Shown: piece by piece, positions 1 to 11,639 of the stretch
Layout of the letters: each line of letters opens with the position of its first letter
Numbering within the stretch: the first letter of the stretch is position 1
From: Eledone cirrhosa
Taxonomy: Eukaryota
Reading direction: 5' to 3'
Length of the DNA: 64,000 nucleotides
Assembly (NCBI GenBank): GCA_964016885.1
Contig: OZ024755.1
Span: forward strand, 37,262,001-37,326,000
Notes under the pieces: model-generated
Told to the model about the DNA's origin: nothing
What the model saw: the letters and a program-made list of their open reading frames with translations, nothing else
Database searches by the model: none
Translations under genes and position numbers: made by a program

Positions 1-340
<340 letters not shown>

Positions 341-580
341 CAGGCTCTATAAATATCTCTATATATGACAGTTTACATCTCCTTATAGAATTCTGTCTTG
401 GTTTCCTTTTTAATCAAGCCCTCCATAATTAATAGTCCGGCAGGAGAAGGAGGTACAGAACATTTACTGAATCTTAACCATTCATCAAACATAAGTTAAA
501 CCATTTTATGTGTTGTTTTATTCACTTTCATAATCTGTAATTTAAGCCACCTTATATTTTTCATTTAATTTATACTTTCA

Positions 581-608
581 CTGGCTGAGGTACCCGGCTT
601 CACCCGGG
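581..608 (-). mobile_element. Probable Helitron 3' terminus (hairpin plus CTAG-like end); 5' end not located
   Basis: CTGGCTGAGGTACCCGGCTTCACCCGGG: a CCCGG/CCGGG hairpin about 12 nt from a CCAG|T end on the minus strand, the same layout as the Helitron ends at 25591 and 56609. Confidence 0.45.
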
Positions 609-663
609 AAAACAGAGAAAACGACTGTATTGGATGTATTGTCTGTAATTGGTGTGTGACTGT

Positions 664-759
<96 letters not shown>

Positions 760-1559
760 CATAAAAAGCAATCATAAAACTTCCTTATTAGGCTGGGGGA
801 GTAAACTGCCGATTAAATGGTAGCATTGGCCTTGGATTTTAAATGTGAAATAACCCTACTCAGTATGATTTTTTTCAGCTCCAAACGACGCCATTTGAGA
901 CTCAGCAAAATACTGCATAACATTGCTTCTGAAGTGTTGCTTCGTTATTACGGACTGTAAGTAGTATATGGATAAAACCTGGAGGGTAGATTAATTTCAA
1001 ATAGTATCAATTTTTCTTTTTTCTGTAAAATCAAAGACTAAAACTACTTTATAAAAGCTAACGTAATATTGTTAAACCTTCCTATAGATCTATAGCAAAG
1101 ATGAACCATGTGCTTTAACGACATATTGCATTTGTAAAGTGATTTTTAACGTATGGTTGTTAATCATACGCACTTAAATATATTTATAAATCTAGCAAAA
1201 AAATCATTGTCGCAGAACTGTAGTCGCAGAGTCCAAAGCCTCGATGAATACACTGATACAGAAATTAAGGAAAATACTTCATTGCATTCACTGTATTTCT
1301 TTATTTAATCAATTTAAACGCTAGTATAGAGCTAGTAAGCCATAACAGACAAGGGGAAGTAACTCGTACATCTTACAGTTGAGAAACAAAGATATAGAGA
1401 GATAAGTGAATATAAAAATATATATTTTTTCAAAGTTAAACAGAATCAAAAATGTAAATATGGAATGACGGTTTAACCCTAAGTAACCGCAGGTATCTGG
1501 CAAAAACTTAACTTAATTACAATATTCGAGAAGAGAAAAGTGCGAAAGTGTTTCTATGG

Positions 1560-1720
1560 CATAACTGTTTCGGAAAAGGCTAAATGTATGATTAACATTG
1601 TCGTGTAACACGCATCCACAATCTGAGTGAGTTTCTTGGTCAGTGTCCAAGTCTCAAACCCGTACAGTAGCACAGACTCCACTGTAGCAACAAAGAGACG
1701 GATCTTCAGGTCTTTTCGAA
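1560..1720 (-). mobile_element. RTE-clade LINE RT fragment
   Basis: Translation KIRLFVATVESVLLYGFETWTLTKK matches the LLYGxETW post-RT motif of RTE elements. Confidence 0.8.
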
Positions 1721-1737
1721 TATATATATATATATAT

Positions 1738-2060
1738 ATAGGAAAAGGTATGACCCCGACGGCAGAGCTCAAGCCGTTTCAACGGCTATTTCTGGACTCG
1801 GTCCAGAAATAGCCGTCGAAACGGCTTGAGCGCTGCCGTCGGGGTCATACCTTTTCCTATTACCCACTCTACTGCCCTAAGTATTGAGTACTCTGGTGCG
1901 TTATGGCCCATCTGGTTCCCTACCACAATTCCTTCGTTATATATATATATATATATATAACGAAGGAAATGTGGTAAAGAACCAGGTGGACCATAACGCA
2001 CCAAAGTACTCAATACTTAGGGTAGTAGAGTGGGTAATAGGAACCACTACTGGTTCCTAT
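1738..2060. mobile_element. Serial fold-back of Penelope-like pLTR ends (three chained inverted repeats) carrying a hammerhead 3' half
   Basis: IR1 1738-1860 is near perfect; IR2 about 1855-2043 is centred on (TA)n; IR3 is 2037-2060. Contains GAAA-CGGC-loop-GCCG-TC (1818-1840), a hammerhead stem III plus cleavage triplet. Confidence 0.7.
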
Positions 2061-2063
2061 ATA

Positions 2064-2116
<53 letters not shown>

Positions 2117-2118
<2 letters not shown>

Positions 2119-2435
2119 TGTTTCCGTAGGAAAGGTAAAGGAAAAGAGAGTGCTCTATGTAGACTACAGAGCTTTTTAGTTATGTAATAAACAACATAAG
2201 ATAATTATTTCATTTACCAAAGGTTTCACGAAGACAAACGAGCTTGACACAGAAATCGTTCATCAGAACGTGTCGACGCGATCTGTTGGGACCGCGCGGG
2301 AAGACGGAACGACGACAGCGACGAACGCTGAGCGCGTTTGTAACCCGACTCCCGGGTGCGACCTGCGATCGCGTTAGATGCCGTCAGCGCCGTTCGCAGT
2401 TCGCTGCGTGCCGGTTGCGCGGTGTCGCGCATCAA
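2117..2435 (-). mobile_element. Hammerhead-bearing Penelope-like/retrozyme end with GC-rich upstream part and (TA)n tail
   Basis: Contains the hammerhead at 2211-2270; its 3' tail (AAGTGTTTCCGTAGGAAAGG...) recurs at about 25312-25393; it ends in (TA)n. Confidence 0.6.
2211..2270 (-). ncRNA. Type-I hammerhead ribozyme motif
   Basis: Minus strand: CGTT-CTGATGA-ACGA[24 nt]TCGT-GAAA-CC TTT GG-TA-AATG. All core nucleotides are present and all three stems pair. Confidence 0.8.
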
Positions 2436-2787
2436 TTAAAACTTAAAAACTTAAAACCACAACTGAATACTAACCCATACAATCACTAATACTCTTTTAT
2501 TCCTAATTAAACCATTTTTCAACTGTGAACAATTTGTCAGCATTTTCTATTCCGTTTACCAATATATATATATGCAATCATGTATGTATATGGATGGTAA
2601 GAATCGATCTTATAACAACTGCTCTCTCAGATCTTCTTATATCATTGTTCTTAAATATTCGTTCAAACACGCATAATGTGGATACATTTGTCTTGACAAT
2701 ATCATACCATTGAATCATATATAACATCACTTTTTATATAAGGCATGGGACACATTGGTAGATAGATAGATGGATAGATAGATAGAT

Positions 2788-3027
2788 TTCTTTATTAGCC
2801 ACAAGGGCGCAACAAGAAAAGGGGACAATACAAAGACATGCCGGGGATTTTACATACAGTCGTGTAAAAAATATAAAAACAAACAATTTCAACAATCGAA
2901 ATCCCCAATAGGGGGAGGCGCCACAAATGGGTTGTTTAATACCCCGTCGATAGAACAACCCTCAACTCCAGGAGCGTGTTGTGCAAGTGCTCCTTTCGTC
3001 CTGTTGCTCTCTTCCTCAACCTACAGG
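2788..3027 (-). mobile_element. Tx1-like family B, 3'UTR-only copy inside (GATA)n
   Basis: Near identical to 45413-45651; GATA repeats on both sides; truncated just upstream of the ORF2 stop codon. Confidence 0.92.
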
Positions 3028-3147
3028 ATAGATAGATAGATGAATAAGTAAGTATAGAGTGACATTGTTTTATATGTGTGAGAATAACAAGAGTAGTATA
3101 GCTGCTATCACTCAGAAGGTTCAAACAAAAGTCGTCCTATAACTGAG

Positions 3148-3400
3148 ATGGAATGGCTCTTCCAGCGCATCTCCCTTACCATCCTCCGCAGAAACGCCTT
3201 CTCCATACTCTCCGCGGGGCTGTGTGTGTGTGTGTCGGGGGGGAGGGGCAAGCACGTGGGACCTCATTTGCGCTCACCATACAGAGAGATGAGAAGGGCG
3301 AGAGAGGTGGAGGCGATGACAGTGGGAGTTCGGCCCCTCCACGTTCGGACCATATCCTTGTTAGTCGTGACTTCTCCCTGTCACCACACTGCCACACTTT
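3148..3400 (+). mobile_element. CRE-like (restriction-like endonuclease) non-LTR element, 3' fragment
   Basis: EWLFQRISLTILRRNAFSIL resembles the QRxSxxxxRGNA C-terminal motif of RLE-type elements; homologous copy at 24355-24600. Confidence 0.65.
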
Positions 3401-3854
3401 ATAGAAGCGATTGTTGTTGTTGTTACTGAGTTATAAAGCCTACACAATGTTGCGAAGAAGGAACTTTTTTTTCTCATAATTTTCACATCAAATACATAGG
3501 GAATATATTCTTTATGTTATATACTTCTGCATTTCAATAAAAATCAATTATCAACACATGGTTCTTAAGTACAATCCTTGCAGCATAAATTCCTCTAGTA
3601 ATCCTTTAATTTTCTTTACGAAAGAAGTAAAACCGAAAAAAAAAACAAATAATAAATAAAATAAACTGTGGACATTAAATAAAAAATCGAAGTAAAGACG
3701 CGGTCAGATAGGGAGAATATAATATGAACAAGATATAATCGATAACTCTAATTAAAATAACGGCACCATTGGTAGAATGTTTGGGGGAAAAATCAAACAT
3801 TACACATTATATCTTAGAGTAACTGAAGATAAACAGCCCAAATAATCATTAGAT

Positions 3855-3936
3855 CAGACAGAGAGGCAGACCGACATACAGACAGACAGACAGATACATA
3901 CTCAGACAGAGAGGCAGACCGACAGACAGACAGACA
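3855..3936. repeat. Left part of GACA-rich minisatellite (target of Tx1 family A)
   Basis: Unit CAGACAGAGAGGCAGACC(GACA)nGATACATACT; continues at 9550. Confidence 0.92.
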
Positions 3937-4160
3937 AATTTCTGTTTATTTGCCACTAGGGCACAAAAGAAAGGGACATGTACATGGGTGGGGGGAGTTT
4001 ACATAAAAATCGAGTAAGAAAAATATAACAAACAAAATAATAACAAGAAGATCCTCAATAGGGAGGGATCGTTTTGGGGTCACACACACCCCCGAAAAAA
4101 AGTGTGCGACCCTTCTCCACGGGAGCACAAAGAGAGGGTGCTCCCTCCTTTCTGTTCCAC

Positions 4161-7100
4161 CTACAGGCTGAGGTAGAGAGAAGGCCCATTCACACGGGCC
4201 ATTCTCGCAACTTTCACCCACCTTTCATAAAACTGGCTGGAGTGGAGCACCTCTCTCTCCATCCTGATCCTTCTTCCGAAATGGTATCGGAAGAAAAGGA
4301 CCAGTTGTTGGCCGGAGAGAAAGGTGTCCGACCTCAGCCCTTTCAGACACGGCCACCATATAGCCTCTTTTACCATAGCTATTACACAGAGGAAGACCGC
4401 CTCTCCTTCATTTTTGAAGGGGGGAGGCGGCTTGATCGTTACAATGGACTCGGTGGTCAACCTAATTGGTCCCACCCGTGACAGCAGTTGTTCAACATAG
4501 CCCCACAGATCGGCAACGCCCGGGCAGTGCACCAATGCGTGCGCGACGGTTTCCTCGTCGCGCACGCATCTGGGACAGATCTTTTTCGAGGGGTCCCTAC
4601 CCGGGCGCCCGTGTCTGTAGAGCTTATCCCGAACGGGCAGAGCCCCTCGGTAGCACTGCCAGGCCAAGGACTTCTGGAAGTTGTCCATAGGTCCCGGGCC
4701 GAAAGTCCTACCGAATAGACTGGCCAGTTCGTCCTCCTCCATGCCTAGGGCTTCTCCGAGGGCGTCGTCGCACCCGCTAACCACCAGCCCTCTATAGAAT
4801 GACGAGGTGGAGTCTCCGTCGATAGCCGGGTCCGCCTGCCAGAGAGCCGTGAGCGCCTGGGCACACTCGGTGTGCCAGTCGCCCAGTTTTCTCGGTCTTT
4901 GCTTCACCCAGGACTGCAGCTCGGTGAGCGAGACGAGCCTCGGGAAGGCTCGCCTCACAAACGGGGCCCACACCGGTTGACCGGTGAGGAATACGTGGAG
5001 GTGCCTTAGCCTCAATGCGTGTTTACGCATTTTTAGCCACGGCATCCCCAGCCCTCCTTTCAAAGGGTGTTGACAGCAGATGGATCTCCTCACTAGAGGA
5101 GACCTCTTCTTCCAAAGGAAATAAAAGAGGGCGCGCTCCATTTTGGCGAGGATCTCACCCGGGCAAGGCACGACAGTCAAGCGGTAATAGATGACGGACG
5201 CTATGTAAGCATTCGCCACCTCCGCCCGACCTTTTAGGGATAGTTTGCACTCGGTCCACTTCTGGGTCAGTGCAAACACCCTATTCGTCACCTCACCCCA
5301 GTTTTTCTCCACCTGGAGGTCCGGTCCGAACCAGACCCCAAGCAACTTCACCGGGCCCTCCGTCCACCGTCCGACGATACCGTCGCACGACATCGCTTTG
5401 CCCCTCCACTCGCCGAGTTGCAAAGCGACTGACTTGTCCCGGTTCAGCTTAGCCCCTGTCAACCTTTCGTACTCCTCTAGTAAGGTGCCGATTGCCTCGA
5501 TTTCCGAGGCGGTCGACACCATTACTGTTACGTCATCGGCGTAGGCCGACACCGCTTTGCGCAATCCCGGTTCCAAAGGGATGCCCTGCAACAACTCCAA
5601 CTTCCGCAGTAATGGCTCGAGAGTCAATACATACAGAAGGGAGGAGAGAGGGCACCCCTGTCGGATGGAGCGGGTGATTTCGAACGGCTCCGAAAGGTAG
5701 CCGTTCACCTTGATTCTAGAGCAGATGCGGCTGCTGTGCATGGCAGTGATCCAGCCCCTGAAAACGGGTCCGAACCCAGCCGCCGCTAGCACCGCATCCA
5801 GGTAACCATGGTCCACCCTATCGAACGCTTTAGACTGATCTAAATTTATCAGGGCCCCACCAAAGCCGGGTTCGTTCCCAACCCTCTCTATGATGTATCG
5901 CATGAGGTGGAGGTTGTCGTGGATGGACCTGGACGGGATAGCGCATGTCTGCGCATCTCCCACCAGGCCCCCCACGACAAGCGCCAACCTCTTCGCTAAC
6001 ACCTTCGCCAAAATCTTTAACTCTGCATTTAGCAGAGTTATGGGCCTAAAATTACTAATGTCATCCCCCTTGTTCTCGTCCTTCCTCACTAGCGAGACTA
6101 CGCCCTTGGTCACAGAACAGGGAATTCTCCCGTTCTGTTGCCAGTTGCAGTAGACCGCCTCGAGGAGATCGGGGAACAAGTCCGGCATATTAATATATAG
6201 TTCGTAGGGCAGACCATCGAGTCCTGGAGATTTGCGTTTGCCGCATAGGCTCAGCACGTCCCCTATTTCAGCAGCTGAGATCGGCCCGTCGCAGGACCTC
6301 GCCTCCCTGTCCGAAAGACGCGGCAGGCCGTCGAGGTATGGACCGAAATCCACATCTCCAACCGGCTCCCCGCCCCTCCCGAACAATTGGGCAAAGTGCC
6401 TTTGAAAGGCCTCGCACATTTGCTTAGGTTCAAGGATCAGCCGTCCATCCTGGTCTCGCAAAGACCGGATAGTGCATTTAATCCCACTTTTCGCTTCTGT
6501 CACGCGGGCCCAGCTAACAGCTTTGGTCCCCTCGTTTCCCAGAGCACGTATTTTGCTTCGGACAACGCAGCCTTCGTGTTTCGCGTCGAAGAACTGGTTC
6601 AAGACCGTTCTCGACGCTTGCACTCTGGCCACGTTGCCGCTTCTCATTGCCTCTTCAACATTAACTACCAACTCCCTTTCCTTCCTATTTCTATCTGAGG
6701 CTAACTCCTTACTAACTCCTATTGAAACTACTCTAATCTCTCTTTTTAGAGAGCCCCACCACCTGTTGTTGACGATGGCGCCCGTCAACTGCTCCTTAAC
6801 TAAGGTTCTAATCCGGTCCCTGTAAGCTCTACTTGCCGGTAAGGACAAGTTGAGCTTCCAGTAACCGGGCCCCTGCCTATGCGTTCTATCAAGGTGGACT
6901 ACGCAGGTCACTAACTTGTGGTCTGAATAGCCCACCATGAGCATTTCTGGACAACTTAAAAAGTCCCTATCCTTAATTCTAACTAAGAACCTATCTAGGT
7001 ACGATATAGATTGACCACTGTTATTTGACCAGGTCCAGGTTGGTACAGTCGGAAAATCTAGTCGGTATCTATCGGCCAGGTCGAATCGGCCGATTAACCC

Positions 7101-7597
7101 CTTAAGGCTGTTACACCCCCCTCTATCGGGACATGCCCCTACATAGTCCCAACGTGCATCTAGGATACCATTCCAGTCCCCCACTAAAAGCAAGGAGCGG
7201 GACGTCCCTAGAAAAGTCTCCAGACGATGGAAGAAGTCCGACCGCATTGCCCCAAAAGGGGCGTATACGGCGACAAGCCTAAAAGCTTCGCCTTCGCCAT
7301 TGCCAAGGTCCAGAACCACGAGTCGACCCTCCGGGTCCAAGTGTACCGTCTGTGTAGCGAGACCCAGATGTTTTTGCAGCAGAACGTCAACCCCACCCCC
7401 ACCTCCAGGCTGACAGAGAGATGCGTGCATCTCAAAGTCATCAAAGGTGGGGTTAGCTGTCGCATGCTGCTGATCCGGGCCTCGCAAATAACCATCACAT
7501 TTACACATTGTGACCTGAGGTCACTTAGAAGTTTAGCTTGCTTCCAAGGTGAGCCCAGGCCACGCGCATTTAGACAACCTACTGTTAAGACAGCCAT
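4161..7597 (-). CDS. Tx1-like ORF2: AP endonuclease, reverse transcriptase and C-terminal zinc knuckle; one 1-nt frameshift near 7450
   Basis: True start at 7597 (MAVLTVGCLNARGL, APE motif I), joining the 1115-aa frame at TFDDFEM. Motifs: GDWN, YLDRFL, SDH, PGLDG, FRPITLLN, DQSKAFDRV, RQGCPLS, YADD, CPRC...ETVAHALVHC. Confidence 0.93.
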
Positions 7598-7620
7598 GTT
7601 GGTGGCAAAGAAAGAGGCAC

Positions 7621-9375
7621 TTACCTCTCTGCGTCCCGGGGTTCGGGTCGCTCAGTTTCCATGGGGCTGGTGGAGGGGTTGATGGGTGGGGTGGTGGTTT
7701 GTGGTGGTGTGGGGGTATTAGTGTGTGGAAGGGTTGGGATCTTTGGAGGTGTGTGGGTGTTTGAGGAGGGGAGGGGAAAACCTTTCAGGAGGACGCGGTT
7801 GAGTGGCCTGGTGCAGGGTGGGCCCACGTCCTCAGGGTACATGTCTTTTAAAGTTTTGAAAATGTCAAGTGGGATTTTCACCATTTTCAGGTTAGGGAGC
7901 CCCATTGCCGTTACGAAATTCGGCCCTTCGGTTTGTATCGAAGGGTTGGTTTCTATTTTTAAAGTTAGGTTTTCATTGTTTTTGTTTATGTATGTGTAGA
8001 GTTTTTGTGTTGTTGTGTTTGTTTTTGCTTGTTGTTGTTGAGTGAGTTTGCGTTTTATTGTCTGTGTTGTGTTGTCAGGTGGGGTTATTTTTGTTGTTGT
8101 GGTGTGTGTACGTTTTTTTCTTTTCACTTTTTGGAAGGGAGCCCCCTCGTCTTCCGACGATATGAGCTCCTCTTCCGTATTGGAGGGGAGGGGTATATCT
8201 CCGGGTTGTGTATGAACTGTTTTTGTATTTGTGTTCTGTGGGGTGGGGCTGGGTGGGACCGTGTTTTGGGTTGTTTTCTTGAGCTGTTGTTGATGTTGTT
8301 GTTGTGGTGGTGGTGGTGGTGGTGTTGTTGGTTTTTGTTGTTCTGGTGGAGATGGTAGTGTATTTTGTTGTTTTTGTGATGGTGGTGCTGGTTGTTTTTG
8401 TTGTTGTTGTGGTGTTTGTAGCAGTGTTTTTTTAGTTGTTAGTAGAGGGCAGGCCGTCCTCAGGTGACCTCTGCCAGCGCAGTGGTAACATGAGGGTCTC
8501 CTGCCTTCCACTGTGATATTTATGTAGGTTCGCCCATCCAGTAGCACTCGGTCGGGTATTCCGGAGATTCTCTCAGGTGTCATCTGTAAGAGAACCTCCA
8601 GACTTTTCCCCCCGAACAGTCCACTGGTGGACTCCCCTGCTGAAATTAGTATGTCCTTATCTAGGTCGGTAAATCCTGTTAGGACGGACCAGATGTTAAT
8701 TTCTGGCGTAGGGCTCCACATTCTTATCCTTTGTGTTCTTCTTCCTTTATATGTGGGGAAGAAGGTGTAATGTAGTGACACTATAGGTGCCACCGAATAT
8801 TTCTGAGCCAGCATTTCGTCCTTCATTCGGACCATAATGCTGGCATACAGCTTTCCTCTTTGAATAAAGAGTATGTCATTTTTAATTTCTTTCAGAACCA
8901 GCTCGATTTGACTTTCGGTCAATTGCGCTGGCTTTCTCGTTTCGTTGGTTATGGTTCTGTAGCTTACGGTATTCTTGTAAATCTGTTCACGCACTTCTTC
9001 TGGGGAGTTGATCGTAAAAGAACCATCCTCCCCAAAAGATACGTATTTTCTAGCCTCTAGCAAATTTTCCTTGGCGTTCGTGATGTCAATGGCTTTGTAT
9101 TCCGTGGCTCTCCTAAGTGTTTGGGCAAAAGAAATTTTGTCTTTGTTTGTTGTTGTAATGTTGTTGGTTTCCTTATTTGTGGTGCTATTTTTTTCTTGAA
9201 AATTAATTTTTTCATTTGAATTGAAATTCTTTTTTTCATTGGAGAGGAGGGGTTGTTCAACAGTTTGAACTGTTGTTCCCTCTTTCCCGCTTGTTTTTTT
9301 GGTCGGCGTGGCGTTCGCTTCCAATATGGCGATATCGTTTTCGACGATATCGTTATCAACGATATCGATAAACAT
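7621..9375 (-). CDS. Tx1-like ORF1 nucleic-acid-binding protein (584 aa)
   Basis: Open ORF with a CCHC knuckle (CYHCAGRGHLRTAC) followed by a P/Q/T-rich tail, directly upstream of ORF2. Confidence 0.9.
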   Translation of the reverse strand: MFIDIVDNDIVENDIAILEANATPTKKTSGKEGTTVQTVEQPLLSNEKKNFNSNEKINFQEKNSTTNKETNNITTTNKDKISFAQTLRRATEYKAIDITNAKENLLEARKYVSFGEDGSFTINSPEEVREQIYKNTVSYRTITNETRKPAQLTESQIELVLKEIKNDILFIQRGKLYASIMVRMKDEMLAQKYSVAPIVSLHYTFFPTYKGRRTQRIRMWSPTPEINIWSVLTGFTDLDKDILISAGESTSGLFGGKSLEVLLQMTPERISGIPDRVLLDGRTYINITVEGRRPSCYHCAGRGHLRTACPLLTTKKTLLQTPQQQQKQPAPPSQKQQNTLPSPPEQQKPTTPPPPPPQQQHQQQLKKTTQNTVPPSPTPQNTNTKTVHTQPGDIPLPSNTEEELISSEDEGAPFQKVKRKKRTHTTTTKITPPDNTTQTIKRKLTQQQQAKTNTTTQKLYTYINKNNENLTLKIETNPSIQTEGPNFVTAMGLPNLKMVKIPLDIFKTLKDMYPEDVGPPCTRPLNRVLLKGFPLPSSNTHTPPKIPTLPHTNTPTPPQTTTPPINPSTSPMETERPEPRDAER

Positions 9376-9549
9376 TTCTGAAATATTTATTTTTCACCCC
9401 AAAAGGGGTGAAAATATATTTACCCGACGTCTAGAGTCCCAGACTAGGGGTTACAGTTAATTATACAAAAGAATTCAAAAAAATCCACTCACAAAATTAG
9501 CAGGTAAAAATCCAAATCACAGAGCGATATGACACACGTCTACTATCCT

Positions 9550-10078
9550 CAGACAGACAGACAGACAGATACATACTCAGACAGAGAGGCAAACCGACAG
9601 ACAGACAGACAGACAAACAGATACATACTCAGACAGAGAGGCAGACCGACAGACAGACAGATACATACTCAGACAGAGAGGCAGACCGACAAACAGACAG
9701 ACAGACAGACAGATACATACTCAGACAGAGAGGCAGACCGACAGACAGACAGACAGACAGATACATACTCAGACAGAGAGGCAGACCGACAGACAGACAG
9801 ACAGACAGACAGATACATACTCAGACAGAGAGGCAAACCGACAGACAGACAGACAGACAAACAGATACATACTCAGACAGAGAGGCAGACCGACAGACAG
9901 ACAGACAGACAGACAGATACATACTCAGACAGAGAGGCAGACCGACAGACAGATACATACTCAGACAGAGAGGCAGACCGACAGACAGATACATACTCAG
10001 ACAGAGAGGCAAACCGACAGACAGACAGACAGACAGACAAACAGATACATACTCAGACAGAGAGGCAGACCAACAGAC
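9550..10078. repeat. Right part of GACA-rich minisatellite (about 11 units of variable length)
   Basis: Same unit as 3855-3936 with a variable GACA copy number. Confidence 0.95.
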
Positions 10079-10212
10079 GAAATGCGGCCACGGGAAAAAT
10101 TACTTTTTCTTATTGTCTCAACGTATTAAAAAAATTGATTATTGATAAGCAATATTTAACAGTAATATGTAGAATGACATAGGTATCTATGGTCAGTTAT
10201 TAGTATTCAACC

Positions 10213-11154
10213 AATCTTGCTATATGGAAGTGAAACATGGACGCTTTCATCCAAACAACAAAAGCATCTTGATGTCACCTACACTCCCCTGCTTCAACGT
10301 AGTCAGAACATCAGCTGGCGACATCTGACTTCGAGAGAGATATATGTCGGCCTCCCATGCATATCTGTCGTACGTAAAAGGAGAGTAAGATTTGCTGGCC
10401 ACTGCCATCGTACCACCTATGAGGCTGTGTCCCCATTAGTGCTTTGGAAACCACAAGCAGTTACTAATAACAGGGGGCACAAGCTTTCCTATCCTAATTT
10501 GCTGGCCACTGCCATCGTGCCACCTACGAGGCTGTGTCCCCATTAGTGCTCAAGAAACCACAAACAGTCACTAATAACAGGGGGCGCAAGCTTTCCTATC
10601 CTAATTTGCTGGCCACTGCCATCGTGCCACCTACGAGGCTGTGTCCCCATTAGTGCTTTCGAAACCACAAGCAGTTACTAATAACAGGGGGCACAAGCTT
10701 TCCTATCCTAATTTGCTGGCCAGTGCCATCGTGCAACCTATGAGGCTGTGTCCCTATTATTGCTCAAGAAACCACAAACAGTCACTAATAACAGGGGGCA
10801 CAAGCTTTCCTATCCTAATTTGCTGGCCACTGCCATCGTGTCACCTACGAGGCTGTGTCCCCATTAGTGCTTTGGAAACCACAAGCAGTTACTAATAACA
10901 GGGGGCACAAGCTTTCCTATCCTAATTTGCTGGCCACTGCCATCGTGCCACCTACGAGGCTGTGTCCCTATTAGTGCTCAAGAAACCACAAACAGTCACT
11001 AATAACAGGGGGCGCAAGCTCTCCTATCCCGATGTCATCTCCAGAGATTCTGGTATTGAAATCCAGGATTTGGCAACGGCAATGAATGACAGACCCACGT
11101 GGAGATCAATTGTTGAGTTGATTTCGGCTGTGGCCGCCGGATGATGGTGATGAT
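10213..11154 (+). mobile_element. RTE LINE 3' fragment with internal 107-bp x6 tandem expansion
   Basis: LLYGSETW...RRVRFAGHCHR...KLSYPDVISRD...AMNDRPTWR and a (GAT)n tail; units start at 10391, 10498, 10605, 10712, 10819 and 10926. Confidence 0.9.
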
Positions 11155-11639
11155 TAGTATATATATAGACCGTTACGTATGACCTCAATACCGATATAAT
11201 GCAATATTAAGCATTTGAAATGTTGTCATCAAATTATTTCTGTATTGTTCCTTTGGATGATATTACTAGTTTTACTAATGATGTTTCATTTTCTGCTAAT
11301 GAATTATGGTAGGACCTCCGCCGATGCATACGGTGAGTGTTCTAGTTGCTTAAAAACACAACAGCAAGTTCTTGAAATTAACGTGCAAGTGTCTATATAT
11401 TTCACAGATGCATTAACTATTAACCCTTTAGCATTTAAACCGGTCATAAATCTCTTACCTCTTTCTGTTGAAACTGGCCATAACTGTCCACTTATACCAA
11501 TATTAAGTTATTGTCTCAAAATAAATAACATCAAAATCTCATAGATTCAATATTATGTGAGATATTATGTAAGGTAAAGCCTTTACCATGAAAATACAAT
11601 AGTATATAGAGAGTAATGTAAATGGTAAAGGGTTAACGT

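Larger units (their letters stand above)
3937..9549 (-). mobile_element. Full-length Tx1/L1-clade non-LTR retrotransposon (family A) inserted in (GACA)n
   Basis: About 170 nt 5'UTR, ORF1, 23-nt spacer, ORF2, and a 3'UTR ending AATAAACAGAAATT then (TGTC)n. The same GACA-rich minisatellite lies on both flanks. Confidence 0.95.

Noticed and set aside
7440-7460. Programmed ribosomal frameshift in Tx1 ORF2
   Set aside because: No X XXY YYZ slippery heptamer, and the shift falls inside the APE domain; a 1-nt deletion or assembly error is simpler.
4074-9199. Plus-strand ORFs overlapping the Tx1 element, and those at 45557-47165
   Set aside because: Antisense shadows of GC-rich retrotransposon ORFs with no recognisable motifs.
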